The position numbers and the translations under genes are program-made. The notes under the pieces are model-generated. The model was not told where the DNA came from. It saw nothing but the letters and a program-made list of their open reading frames with translations, and searched no databases. Positions 11,742-26,097 of a stretch of 64,000 nucleotides of DNA are shown here, one piece after another. Origin of the DNA: Octopus sinensis (Eukaryota); NCBI RefSeq assembly GCF_006345805.1, contig NC_042997.1, forward strand, positions 45,694,001-45,758,000, in the 5' to 3' direction. Every line of letters starts with the position of its first letter. The stretch's first letter is position 1.

Positions 11742-13124
11742 CAAGAATATATCGTTATCCAAAGCAACGATACTTTGAATAAAGGAAATAGATCAGTTCT
11801 AACATAAATGAGTTCATTAAAAACTCTGTTCAAAACAAAACGGAAACCTAGTCAGTGCAAATAAGAGAAGCAAACACTTTGAATGCGGTCTTATGTAGAC
11901 CGCCTTCAAAGTGTTTGCTTCTGGATCGCTGCAAGCGATAATGTTAATAAAAAAGACATTTTTGAGATTTGAACAATCGTGGGGTGCAAAAAATGTTGCT
12001 CAGAGACAACAGAAAAAGGAAAATGGCTGCAAAACACTAGGAAATTAAGTTCTTACTTCTACCTCTAATAATTAAGTGACTCATAGAAACTGCTTTGAAA
12101 ATTACTCGCTAGCGATATTCAGGTAATCAATCCATCACAATCCCGGACATTTTTCTCATAGTCTTAATAGTTGTATTCTTAGTTTATTAGTAACTGATTA
12201 TTTTTCATCATCAGAAAGCTTTTGTAATATATTTGTTCTTTAATAATATATTTTTTCTATGTTATTATTTATCCTTTGCAGTGTATTGCTCTTACGTCAT
12301 TGTTTACTATCAGCGATTAGGTTATGGGAGAGTGAAGGCATTTGGCATAGTGGTTAGCGATATTCGGCTCACGATCGCAAGGGCATGAGTTCGATTCCTG
12401 GTAGCTGCGTGTGATGTCCTTGAGCAAGACACTTTATTTTGTTGTCCACTCAGCTGGCAAAAATGAGTAGTACCTGTATTTCAAAAGACCAGCCTTGTCA
12501 CATTCTGCGTCAAGCTGAATCTCCCCGAGAACTACGTTTAGGATATTCGTGTTTGTGGAATACTCATCCACTTGTACGTTAATTTCACGAGCAAGCTGTT
12601 CGATTGATCGGATCAACCGGAACACTCGACGTAACCGACGGAGTGCCACTAATGGGACAATAGTGTTTTGGAAATGATGTTTCGTCTGTCTAAGAATTAG
12701 AAAATTTTTCCCTCGTGGGCCATTAATATGCTGTTTCTGGTCCATTCAATACAACAGCGAGTAATTTTCAAAGCAGTTTCTATGAGTCACTTAATTATTA
12801 GAGGTAGAAGTAAGAACTTAATTTCCTAGTGTTTTGCAGCCATTTTCCTTTTTCTGTTGTCTCTGAGCAACATTTTTTGCACCCCACGATTGTTCAAATC
12901 TCAAAAATGTCTTTTTTATTAACATTATCGCTTGCAGCGATCCAGAAGCAAACACTTTGAAGACGGTCTACATAAGACCGCATTCAAAGTGTTTGCTTCT
13001 CTTATTTGCACTGACTAGGTTTCCGTTTTGTTTTGAACAAAGTTTTTAATGAACTCATTTATGTTAGAACTGATCTATTTCCTTTATTCAAAGTATCGTT
13101 GCTTTGGATAACGATATATTCTTG
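11742..13124. repeat. Near-perfect 369-bp inverted duplication (11742-12110 / 12756-13124)
   Basis: Arms are reverse complements, with only ~2 substitutions seen by eye. Confidence 0.93.
12338..12648 (+). mobile_element. SINE family B, diverged
   Basis: tggcatagtggttag...gttcgattcc...gtaaccgacggagtgcc. Confidence 0.8.
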
Positions 13125-13998
13125 AGAGAGGATTCCTTGTTTTAGGTGATTCCAATTATAAGTGTCAACTATTTTTATTATGTTGCATTTCTGTAGTAAT
13201 TGGCTATCTTTATTTACTTTCATGTACGTATTTTAACTCCTGGTTACTTCACCGTTTGACAGATGTTTCTTTTTACATGTTTCTTTTTTTCCTTTATCTT
13301 TCTCTGTTTGCTCGAATTTAGATGTCACTTTATGAGTTCGTTTAAGCAAGTAGCAACATTCATTACAATTACCGAAGACACAACGTCACATAATTCATTT
13401 ATCTTGGTTATATTAATAATAGTGTCTGTATTCTTTAAACTCTGCGATGGCTAAACTGAAGATTTTATTCTGGTAGCTATTTTGTCATTATGTCTATATG
13501 TTAGAAGAGCCATAGATAAATTTAAATATTTAAATATTTCCATCTTTATATTATTATTTTAACATCAATAATTAACAATTATTAGCATTTTCTATTCTCA
13601 GTCCTTCCTCATATGCACTTGCCTGTCAGTGTATTACTGGTTCAGTTTTTGTTGGCCAGTATTCTGAATATTCTTAATTATGTACGTATCCAAAGATTTG
13701 ATTATGTTATATGTTATTTCTTTTGTTTCTTTCGGTTATTCTGGCTTATTTGTGATTTATCTTCTCAGTATTTATAGCTTTGTTTTCGTTATTTGAATTA
13801 TTTCAGGTTTTGGCAGCCGGTCTGGCCCGGAGGCGGGTGATTTATATACTATGTACGTATGTATTCACACACACACGCACACACACACACGCACACACAC
13901 ACACACACGAACAAGTACGTATATATATACACACATGCATAAATATATATATATACATGTACACACATATGTAATATTGATATTTGTGCGTATATATA

Positions 13999-14033
<35 letters not shown>

Positions 14034-14051
14034 TGTATATATACATATATG

Positions 14052-14106
<55 letters not shown>

Positions 14107-14124
14107 TATATAGTCTCAATATAT

Positions 14125-14340
14125 ATTATAGTTCAAATTTGCAGAAAACAAGAGACGAAGACAGGTGAAGGAAGAACAAGCAGGTGTATTTGCTGAACGC
14201 TCGGGAAGAAGGGAAAAATCTTTGACATATCGAGCCTACACTCTCCGACAGAATGGATTGAGAGGAAAATAAAAGCGGAGAGAGTGTGTGAAAAACAAAA
14301 AAAAAACGTGGTGAGAGAAAATGTGCAGGAATTAACGGTT
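14125..14340 (-). mobile_element. Short PLE-like terminal element with degenerate HHR (same family as 31933-32130)
   Basis: Minus strand CUGUCGG-A-GAGU(GUAG)GCUC-GAUA-UGUC-AAAG...ttcccgagcg...cacctgtcttcgtc. Confidence 0.6.
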
Positions 14341-14520
14341 CATATACATAGGCATAATCAGCTACATAGCATACTTAATGTATAGAGAGTCGAACGAGAA
14401 TTCGTCGTATCTGATACAGGAAAAACTGAGTAAAGCATTCACTGACGTTGCCAAAAGCCACATGTGGAATATCGAGAGTATGTGCCATGGAAAAGGCCCA
14501 AAGACACTCTTGCTAGCCGT

Positions 14521-14935
14521 TACTACTCTTCTCTTTTACTCTTTTACTCTTTTACTTGTTTCAGTCATTTGACTGCGGCCATGCTGGAGCACCGCCTTTA
14601 GTCGAGCAAATCGACCCCGGGACTTATTCTTTGTAAGCCCAGTACTTATTCTATCGGTCTCTTTTTGCCGAACCGCTAAGTGACGGGGACGTAAACACAC
14701 CAGCATCGGTTTTCAAGCAATGCTAGGGGGACAAACACACACACACACATACATATATACATATACATACATATATACGACAGGCTTCTTTCAGTTTCCG
14801 TCTACCAAATCCACTCAGAAGGCATTGGTCGGCCCGGGGCTATAGCAGAAGACACTTGCCCAAGATGCCACGCAGTGGGACTGAACCCAGAACTATGTGG
14901 TTGGTAAGCAAGCTACTTACCACACAGCCACTCCT
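14521..14935 (-). mobile_element. SINE family A, full length
   Basis: Nearly identical to 10475-10921 and 6926-7286. Confidence 0.92.
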
Positions 14936-15100
14936 GTCGAATCTTTGTTTCTTTTTCTCTGACATTTATTGGATTTTTTAACACAGTAAGCCTAAATGTA
15001 ATGCTGTCTCAGTACTAATACGCTAGTAACTGGCAAATCGACAGTAGTAACTGGTTATTTAGTTTTTTAATTAAATACTACTACAATTTATCTATCAGTC

Positions 15101-15117
15101 TATGCATACATATATAT

Positions 15118-15177
<60 letters not shown>

Positions 15178-15327
15178 TATGTATGTATATATATATATAT
15201 ATATTGTATATATATCTATATATATATATCTATATATATCTATATATATATATATATATATATGTATATAATATAATATGTATGTATGTATATAGATATA
15301 TATATGTATATATGTAATATATATATA

Positions 15328-15373
<46 letters not shown>

Positions 15374-15385
15374 AAATATATATCA
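15101..15385. repeat. (TA)n microsatellite
   Basis: Direct reading. Confidence 0.95.
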
Positions 15386-16244
15386 ATGAATCAATCAATC
15401 ATACAACATACGTACGTAAGTACGTATATCATCCCTGTTTACTCCTAAATGTTTTATTTTTGGGAGTAAATTTAAAACGCTTTGTATTTGTGATAAATAA
15501 AGAGAACAATTTCATTAATATTGTCACTGATACGTCATTAAAGGCTGGATTCGTTAGTGCTAACACTTTTCAGAAATAATATGTATTAATTCCATAATAC
15601 ACGTATATTTAATTGCGTTTATGCTTTTGAATTTAACATTTTTTCTTTTTTCACGTATCGATATCAATAAGTCATTGAAAGTAGGTGTCAATCCCTTCAG
15701 TTAATCAATAGTTGAATACGTATTACTGAAAACAGATACTAAAGAGGCATGCAAACCTGTTTAGTATCTGAGTTGCAATGTTCAGTTCAATAGTATTTCT
15801 TTGTTATGCGGGGCGGCTTTAAAACCTCCCTTAATCAAAATTACAAAGAGTGAGAATAAGAAGGAGAGAGAAAGAAAAAGAGAGAGATAAAGATAGATAT
15901 AGGTAGATAAATAAGCAAATAATTAGATGGATAGACAGAGAGAGAAAAAGAGGGTGTGGGAGAAGAAAGAAGGATTTGGAATTAAAAAAGGCGCGTATAA
16001 TAATCAACTTCCTAAGATGTTCGCTGTAACCTTTCATCTGTTATACAAAAAGTTTTCTCAGAGACGTACATCAACAGATCTTTAATAAAATAGGTTTCTC
16101 GAAATTAAATTCAGTCAACAGGCTCTAGATTTACCCGTATCATTACACTACCCAAACCTCATCCGCAGCAGTCACAATCACCAACATCATTAGATGATCG
16201 CCAGCTTATTTTGCATGGATGATAAACACAAGCATACACCAATC

Positions 16245-16512
16245 CACACACACACACACACATGAACACATGCACACAAACATGAACACATGCACACAGT
16301 CTCTCACACACACTTATACATACATGAACATATAAATACATATAGATATATATAAATATGTACATATATGTATACACATACACGCACGCACATAGTTCTG
16401 TGTGTGTGTGTGTGTGTATATTATATATCACATATATATATATATGTGTATATTATATATTTATTATATATATATATATGTAAATATATATATATATGTA
16501 TATATATATATG

Positions 16513-16557
<45 letters not shown>

Positions 16558-17031
16558 TATATATATTATGTATATAGATATATATATATATATAAATATA
16601 TATATGTATATATGTATATATATATATGTAATATATATATAAATATATATATGTATATATATGTATATATTATAGTATATATATACTACTTCACAACTAA
16701 CTTGTGTTTCTTTCTAGTCCTTTTGAAAATTCAAGCGTACTTCTTACTGTATGGTATCCGGATATATGCATACGTGTATGGGGAAGGGTGGGTGATAAAT
16801 GTTTTGGGATGAATATATATGTGTAAGCATCCATGTACGTGCATTTGTATGTACAATAATGTACGTATACGCACACGCGCGGGCACCAACGTCCGCACAC
16901 TGGCAGGCAAACGCGCACATACACGCGTGCAAACGCACACGAACATACGACCCAAATGCACACACGCGCACGCACACAAATAAATGCATTTCATTTGCGG
17001 AAGGTAGTGTAGAATATATATATATATATAA

Positions 17032-17073
<42 letters not shown>

Positions 17074-17158
17074 CGTTCATATACCACACTACACTATATG
17101 TGTAGTGTGTATATATCTATTCTATATTTATATTAAACAATATTAAATCTCTGACTGA

Positions 17159-17204
<46 letters not shown>

Positions 17205-17248
17205 CTCTATCTTCTATCTATCTATCTATCTGTCTATCTGTCTATCTG

Positions 17249-17309
<61 letters not shown>

Positions 17310-17361
17310 TCTATCTGTCTATCTGTCTATCTGTCTATCTATTTCTATCTATCTATCTCTA

Positions 17362-17393
<32 letters not shown>

Positions 17394-17400
17394 ATGTGCC

Positions 17401-17434
<34 letters not shown>

Positions 17435-17526
17435 TTTAACTTCGTTCATATATCCCATATATGTGTATCCCTCTCTATCTCTGTCTCTGTATATACACAC
17501 ACATATACATACATAGATACATACAT

Positions 17527-17567
<41 letters not shown>

Positions 17568-17630
17568 CATACATACATACATAGATGCACATATATATCA
17601 TATACACCTGCGTGCACACACATACATGAA
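16245..17630. repeat. Compound microsatellite block: (CA)n, (TA)n, (TCTA)n
   Basis: Direct reading. (TCTA)n spans 17159-17392. Confidence 0.9.
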
Positions 17631-18606
17631 GGTAAATGTATGAAGGTATGTGTGCTTGACATATTCTTTTGTGTTCTATATTGCTCTGAAATCGATGTTC
17701 TTACTTTGAAGTTTGCTGTAGCATATCTTCAGGTTATGTTTATATAATATTTCTTATTTTAGGGATTTTTGCATTAAAGCGTTGTATTTTGTGAAAATTT
17801 ATATTCTGGCGAAAATATATAATGATATTTATGATTATATCTCTTGTGATTATCTTATAATATTCATGAAAATATCTTTTGACGGAAACAGTATCAAACA
17901 CCTACTTTTCTAAAGACTCTGCTCAAAGCGTTACATAAAATACGTTACTTTGTTGTTGATTTCTCTGAAGATCATACCTTTTTATTCAGACTTTGACCCT
18001 ATAGGCATGCACTGTCTTCGTTGGTCACCCATGATGGTTAGCTTTCATGACAAGGGAGGGAAATAAGAAGAAAAAGACAGAGACGATAGATAGGAGAGAC
18101 TAAAGAGGAAAGAAGTGTAATAATGGTACAAAGTAGTAAACAGACAGAAGAATGGAACTTGGGAAAAAGACGAACGATGATGGGGGACAGAAAGTCAAAC
18201 AACATGTATACAGTAGACACATGTATTCGGGTGTAGAAGAAAAAAAAAAGAAGCAAAACCAAAGACGAAAAAAAAACACAACAAAAAAAACACATAATCT
18301 ATAAGAATTCACCAATAACTAAGTTTCAAACAGCTGCAGTGGAGCTGAAACAGTGACAAGGCCGCGACTAAATACATGAAAGGTCAGTATAGCAGTTCCT
18401 GTCTATCTTTAGATAACTAAAATGGCCGTCCCGCGATGTAAATGCTGGTTCCATCAACTAGTTTCAGATGAAGTCACTTGTTAGACAAATACAGCTCTGA
18501 AATACATGAATACAAACATGCATATATACATACATAGACATATATGCGTGTGTGTGGGGGTATATGCATATATATATATATGTAGTTATGTATATATATA
18601 TATAAT

Positions 18607-18640
<34 letters not shown>

Positions 18641-19315
18641 GATATATACATACATACATACGTATCTATTTACTTTCATACACATATTCACACAGACAGA
18701 CAGACACCCCCATGCACACACACACATATACGTACATATATAATTATATATAAATATATATAGTCGTTAGTTTTCTGTAGTAAGCGTTCCATATATAAAT
18801 ATATTTATATATCCATACACACACATACACATATATACATACACACACACATATATACATACACATACACACACATTTAACATATATGTATATAAAAAAT
18901 TAAACTTCGTTGTCTCTTCCTGGGTGAGCTCGTAAATCAAAATGTCTACCCCAATAATATTGTACATAAATATTTCTCGTTGCTCCAGGATACTTTGCTG
19001 AAAACGAATACTAACCAAATGCTAATGCGACCCTCTGTCTCTCTTTCCAGCTGTCGCATCTTCGCTGTACTGCCGGGTTAAGAGTGGAATACACCGAGAA
19101 TGTGCGTATGTTTGCTCGCAACTTCATCGGCACCGAAACAATAAGCAAAAATATTCTACATGCTACAGACTCATACTCACTTACAAGTGATGGCTATTGT
19201 ATGAGTTTAAATAACGAAAAAGAAGTTATACAAACAGCGTTCTTCAAAATATTAATCAAATTGAAATCTCGGGAAAGTATTATGACTTTTGCCTAAACAG
19301 TATTTTAGCAAGCAT

Positions 19316-19530
19316 AAGGCGGTGAGCTGGTAGCGTCATTAGTAGGTCGGGCAAAATGCTTAGGGACATTTCGTCTGTCTTTTAGGTTCAGAGTTCGAAT
19401 TCTACCGAGGTCAACTTTGTCTTTCATACTTTCAGGATCAATGAAATAAATACCAGTTGCGCACTGGGGTCGATGTAATCGACTAGCTTCTCTCCCCTAA
19501 TATTTAGACCTTGTGCCTATAACAGAAACG
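19316..19530 (+). mobile_element. SINE family C
   Basis: aaggcggtgagctgg...ctttcatactttcaggatcaat... Confidence 0.75.
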
Positions 19531-20084
19531 AATAGTTCAGCAAACACGTTCTGTAGTGCAAGAATTGTTACAAAGTAAGATCACCCCATACATAAGTTAT
19601 CGCTTTTCCACTGTTCTTTCAATCTACTCGTTTACGACGCAGTTCCAAATAATTCATTATTTATATGAATATTTGTCTAGTCCTTTTTTTAAAGCAAAAT
19701 ACCACACGAGGAATCATCCTGATGTCATGTGTTATACCAATTTGTTTTGTTGCTGGGGCTGTATGATCCCTTAAGAATTTATTTTCATGGTGAGCATCAT
19801 GAGCTTTCTCGTCGTTCAGTTTTTAGTGACTTTATATAAAAGTGTCTGTTTATCGGACTTCTCCTTTTCAAGCAGTTTTCTATTCAACACAGCGTGACAG
19901 GTGGTTACAAAATGATTCTGTTTCTTTTTTTCTTTTACTCCGTCTGAAGAAAGACATAGTTCTCGAGACTGAACTGGCTGTAACATACAAATTGCTAAGA
20001 AGTACGATAACGCTTATTCATTTATATTATGTATGGAAAGATAAATTTTTCAATTTTTCCTTTTACTCTTTAGGCTTAAGACAG

Positions 20085-20780
20085 CGTCAAATTTTTCATA
20101 CCATATGGATACTAACCCCGTTGCGGGTGAGGATGTCGAAGTTGGTGAATGCCTCACTTATCTCGGCAGTGAGATTCATAGCAGCATTACTGCAAGTCTG
20201 AAGTCCTAAAAAGACTTGGATGAGCTGCTGGAATTGTGGACTCATTGGACAAGAGTGTTTGGTGATTCTGATGTCTGTACAGGAGGACAAAAATTCGGGT
20301 CTTTAGGTTTCTGGTTCTCCTTGTTTTGCTCTTTGGTTGTGAGGCTTGGACACTGTCAAGGGCCCTTAGAAGCCGTCTGTATTCTTCGGTACCCGGACAC
20401 TTTGCAGGACTATGGATTAGGATTGATCGGATTTCGTATCCAGCCAACGACTCTACTCAGAAACTGGGATGCGCCCTGTTACTTGTATGATTCGGGAGCA
20501 CCAGTTCAGCCCGTTTGGTCCGGTTGCTCGATATTCCGAGTTAGACCCTGCTTGCTGTGTTCTTTTCACTGAGTATCCGGCTGGGTTGACAGCACGTATT
20601 GGTTGACCACATACCACATGGTCACGGCAGATGAGAAGTTATCTCATAGAGATGAGGATTGACTGGGACTCCACTCGATGAGTCGTTCGGGAGGACCCGG
20701 GAAACATATCGATAAATGGTGAGTGAAGCCACTCACTGCAACGGTGTATTTCTCCACATATGACCTGACATGACCTGATA
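20085..20780 (+). mobile_element. RTE-clade LINE 3' fragment (decayed)
   Basis: Frameshifted EDVEVxxxFTYLG...RRTKIRVFRFLVLLVLLFGCEAWTL, typical of the RTE C-terminus. Ends in a short (TGACC/TGACA) tail. Confidence 0.7.
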
Positions 20781-20945
20781 TGAATAGTGAATAATTTTTA
20801 TATAAAGAATATTTCGTTAATTATGAAGTATCATGTGGAGTGCAAGTGCACGGAAGTCTTATTACCGGGTATATACATGCATTACCTACCTACCTACCTA
20901 CCTACCTACCTACCTACCTACCTACCTAAATACATACATACATAC

Positions 20946-20976
<31 letters not shown>

Positions 20977-21508
20977 AACGCATACACATACATGTGTGTA
21001 TGCGTGACTGTATTAAAATATGCATGCAAATACATATATATGCGTGCGAGCTAAGTGAATATATAGACTCGTACTACTACATGCAGTAGTTTCTGGTATA
21101 TGGGTATATGTATGCGTGTTACATATAACACCCTTTAGATTACAACGTTCTTCATAATACGTGAACTTTGCTTTTGAGCGAAAACTCGTTTTTACGTTTT
21201 GCATCGCACGTATTACATGCGATTCAAAACTTAAACTTTTTCATCTGTGCATCACACGTCGAGATATCTCACATATATTAATCATGAAATGCTATTAAAC
21301 TATCTACGCTGTTAATTTTCATTTTATTTCTTAATTTCTCTTTCTGAAATATTTGCACTGACAGAAAGTGACAAAGAAGAGAAGCAATATATCGTTTTAC
21401 TAAAGTTTTTAGAGCAAACACTTTCATGAAGCGGAAAGAAGACGAACCAAAGTAAACATCTCTACATAGTTGCTCGGATTGCTAGAAAGTGTGGCGAAAT
21501 CACCCTAA

Positions 21509-22723
21509 TGTTTTACAAAAGGAAGGACACATTGCAAAATTTAGTCCTAGATACACTATGCTAGAATAAAACAATAGGCAATAAAGTCATGGTTGAAATG
21601 TCCCTCTCTATAATTGTTCTCGATCAACACTGGCTTGCAGTTAAATAATGTTTTATATTATAGGCACAACGCCTGAAATTTTATTGGAAGGGAGCCAGTG
21701 AGTTACATCGACCCCAGTTTCAACTGGTATTCATTTTATCGACCCCGACAAGATGAAAGTCAAAGTCAACCCCGGCGGAATTTGAACTCAGAACGTAAAG
21801 GCGGACGAAATGTCACTAAGCATTTTGCTCCGTGTGCGAATGATTTTGACAGCTCGCCGCAGTTAATGATTTCAAATTTTAGCACAAGACCGACAGTTTT
21901 ATGGTAAGTGGGATAATCGATTACACCGATCCCAGTGTTCAACTGGTACTTATTTTATCGATCCCAAAAGGACCACAAGCAAAATCGGTGGAATTTGAAC
22001 TCAGAACGTGAAGGCAGGTAAAATGCCAGTATGCATTTTGCCTGGTGTGCTAACGATTCTGCTAACTCGCCGTAGTTGAATAATATCTACAGGAAAAAAT
22101 TAATCTGCAGTCATCTATTTTAAATTATCTTATTTCTCTTCTATTTGAAGACAAAGTGGAACCTCAGCATGGACATTCGACCACCAAGAAATGGCAGCTA
22201 AAAATACAAATGACAGCCTGGTGTGTTTGAAAAGTAAGTTGAAATGTATTTGATCATAAGGCTACTCGCTCAAGGTTGATATGGTGTTAACCAATAATAC
22301 CAACATCAATAATAGCAGCAGTAGCCACGGCAGAGCTACACACACACACACACACACACGCACACACACACACAACTCACACACACATATACACGCGCAG
22401 GAGCAAAATGCTTAGTGACATTTCGTCCGCCTTTACGTTCTGAGTTCAAATTCCGCCGGGGTTGACTTTGACTTTCATCTTGTCGGGGTCGATAAAATGA
22501 ATACCAGTTGAACACTGGGGTCGATGTAACTCACTGGCTCCCTTCCCATAAAATTTCAGGCGTTGTGCCTATAATATAAAACATTATTTAACTGCAAGCC
22601 AGTGTTGATCGAGAACAATTATAGAGAGGGACATTTCAACCATGACTTTATTGCCTATTGTTTTATTCTAGCATAGTGTATCTAGGACTAAATTTTACAA
22701 TGTGTCCTTCCTTTTGTAAAACA
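21509..22723. repeat. Near-perfect ~323-bp inverted duplication (21509-21831 / 22400-22723)
   Basis: Arms are reverse complements including non-SINE flank, with ~3 differences seen. Confidence 0.92.
21660..22078 (-). mobile_element. Two tandem SINE family C copies
   Basis: Repeated gaatttgaactcagaacg and ttttatcga motifs. Confidence 0.8.
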
Positions 22724-22946
22724 CACCAGCATCGGTTGTCAAACAATGCTAGGGGAACAAACACAGACACACATACATATATATATATATACATATATAC
22801 GACAGGCTTCTTTCAGTTTCCGTCTACCAAATCCACTCACAAGGCATTGGTCGGCCCGAAGCTATGGCAGAAGACACTTGCCCAAGATGCCACGCATTGG
22901 GACTGAACCCGGAACCATATGGTTGGTTAGCAAGCTACTTACCACA
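22719..22946 (-). mobile_element. SINE family A fragment joined to the inverted duplicate
   Basis: aaacacaccagcatcgg...cttaccaca. Confidence 0.85.
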
Positions 22947-23144
22947 GAAGAAAAAGAAGGAAAAGAAGAAAAGGGAGAGAAAGAAAAAAGAAGTTGTTTT
23001 GTTGATCTCTTTGTAGCTGGTCAGGCTGTTTACTCCAAGGGGGGGAAATGTCACTTTTCAGAAAATTGTCTGGATTTCTTTTTTATCGTTGTCTTGTGAG
23101 AGAGAGAGTGTGTGTGTGTGTTTGTATCTGAAAGAGGTATTAAA

Positions 23145-23197
<53 letters not shown>

Positions 23198-23525
23198 GTG
23201 TGTGTGTGTGTGTGTGTATGTGTACGACGAGCAAAAGAGAACGATAGAGTAAGTACCAGACTCAAGGAAGGAAAAAAAATTCTTCAAGGTGGTGCTGCAG
23301 CATGGCCGCAGCCTAATGACTGAATCAAGTAAAAGCTATAAGCTAAAAGGTTCTAGAAGACCAGAAAGACTGCCAAGTCTCTCACTTTCTCTTGTTCTCT
23401 GTATGACTGTCTGATGTCTGACTTGTCTGATGTTTAACAACTATTTTACAGCTTTCTCTACTGGAGTCTATTGAATCGTCTCGGCTATTATTATTTTCCA
23501 CGAAATTTTGTGTCCTAGTCCAAAT

Positions 23526-23581
<56 letters not shown>

Positions 23582-23951
23582 TTATAAATGAATAAATAAA
23601 TGAAAAATCAATAACACCGAAAAATGATAACTTTCCTCTTCTATCGAGTTACATTCAAAATGTTTCAACATAATACAATAAATTTGCTGTATTATTTCAT
23701 TATTGGAAATAAATTTAAATTTATTTAATCTATGCTATTTGTTTCGATTTTGAGTAATAGGCTCGGACATCTCCTAAACTCTACACATCCCCACTCACAT
23801 CACCCTCATTATTTTATTTTTTATTTCTGATTAAGTATAGCGTGAGCTAGCACAATGAACGTGGAAAAAAACAACAACAACAAAAACACTGCATATATAT
23901 ACATATATACGATTGTGTCGTATATACGATTGTGTCTGTATGTATATGTGC

Positions 23952-23984
<33 letters not shown>

Positions 23985-26097
23985 TATGTTTTTATGTATG
24001 TATATGTTTGTGAATGTTTGTATGTATGAATGTATGTATAGAAATTTCGTATGTACATATAAGTTTGCACGCAGTGAAAGCCGCTTATTATAATCACGGG
24101 TAATGTTATGAAACAATTATTATCAGAAGTAATGGATCTCAAACACGCTCAGGTAGTATAGACTTTGTCCAATGTTATCAACCGGCTTTTAAGAGCCTGC
24201 ATGAAATAAATAAACCTGTTAGAAACAGCAGCCAAATCTCTCTCGGATGAAAACCTACTGATTACAATGAAAGATGGGATGATTGTAGCCTTTGATTATT
24301 GATCGAATCCACAAAGCTATTCTGAGTGCTAAACTACAAAATCAACGAGAACTACAAAATTTTCTTTTGCCAAGAAATTCGGTAAAGTAAGTTATTGAAT
24401 TTCGCAACTTTAAATACATAGTCACTTTACCAACTCATCAATGAGCACTCTTTTGCTTGTGATAGCTTAGCTTTCAAATGTTTCATTTGCAACCGCACCA
24501 CAGCAGGTATAGTGTACTGCTGCTATTTACACTATTGAAGCAGAAACGATGAAAAGGCCTGACTTTGCCGAAATTTGTGCATAACAGCTAAATGGATAAA
24601 ATTGATTACAGTAATGCTTTTAGTGAAGCACATTGTTGTTTCAATCATCTCCATCACCCTTCAAATTTAATAAAAATAGAACGTGACGAACATATAAAAC
24701 TTGCCAAAATGTTCCCCTTTTATAATGTACTCTAGTAATCCTCTGCAGGGAAACTGTATTCCAAGTAAACGTCAAATCATATCGAAAGAAAGTAGAAACC
24801 CTATCTTAATCATAAATTTAGTTGACGTTTGTTTGCAGCTAAATTTGTCGGAATTGAATTTGAAGTCTGTTAGTACGGGTCTGATAACTACACTAGCATG
24901 AATTTTCTGTATCAATAATGATACTTCATTGAATTTTGAACACACCATCTATGGATCAGTACACTAATAAATAACATTAACTGCTATTATGTTTGGAAAG
25001 AATTTCGTTTGAATGATTGCTTATTCACATTAACCACGTGATTGCCCGAACAGTCTATTGTAGTTGAGCATCAATTGTTCGAAGCTCGTATTCGTTCGGT
25101 ATCTTCTGAATGTGTGCTATTAACAAGAACAGAGATTAACCAGTTCTTCATTGCTGACACTAGATAATTTTCCTTCTAATATTATTCAAAGAATTATAAT
25201 AGAAAAGGAAGTTCAAATGTATGTATAAAAGAGAAAGCACTGTTTGAGTAGATGTCTTTGCAGAACAATGCTGCTGAACATTGTAACACCCTCTTCGTAG
25301 TGATGATTAAAAAAAAGAAACAAAAAGCAACAAAATAACGCTGAAGAAAAACAAAACCCAAATCATTGTAAAATTTTAGCCACGAAAAGCGTTAAGTGTT
25401 TTTACATATTGGCCTCTAACGAAGATTAGAACTTCCCAGTTTCTGTGATTGCTTTCTTAAAGGGAGTTGGGATAAGATTACCATTATTTTAGTTTATTGT
25501 TTGCCTTTCTTTTTTTATCCTTAACGATATCATTCATATTTTGTTCTATATAGGAATATAGCGTGTGTGTTTGTGTGCTTGTGACCGTGCGTGCACGTGC
25601 GTGCGTGTGTGTGTGTGTGTGTGTATTGTGATGCGTGTATGTAAGTAGGTTTATGTGTTTGAGCTAGTGTGTGTGTGCTCCTTTTTCAAGGCAACATCTT
25701 ATGGGATATGAAAGATAATTTACAATGAAGATAACAGCTTTTTGATCTGAAGCGCCATTCATCAACACTGCACATAGGGATTCGCAGGGGGTGGAATGGC
25801 AGGATTAACCTATTCCCAAGAGTAATAGTAGCGCAACAATCATAAAAAAAAACCCACTTTCGAAAGCACGTGTATATAATAGATATAGTCTTCCAGGAAA
25901 ATATACATGTTCAGGCATAGTTATTTGCATATACCTGTAACTTGCAACCAAAGAGATGAGTACATGCGCATGCGCGCGCGCACACACACACACACACGCA
26001 TGCAAGCATACATACCTCTCAATAGACATATCAGTAAAAGTATTTATTTTTAGCCTTGTTCTACATTCTTAAGTTCGGATTTCAAAGTAATCCAAAG

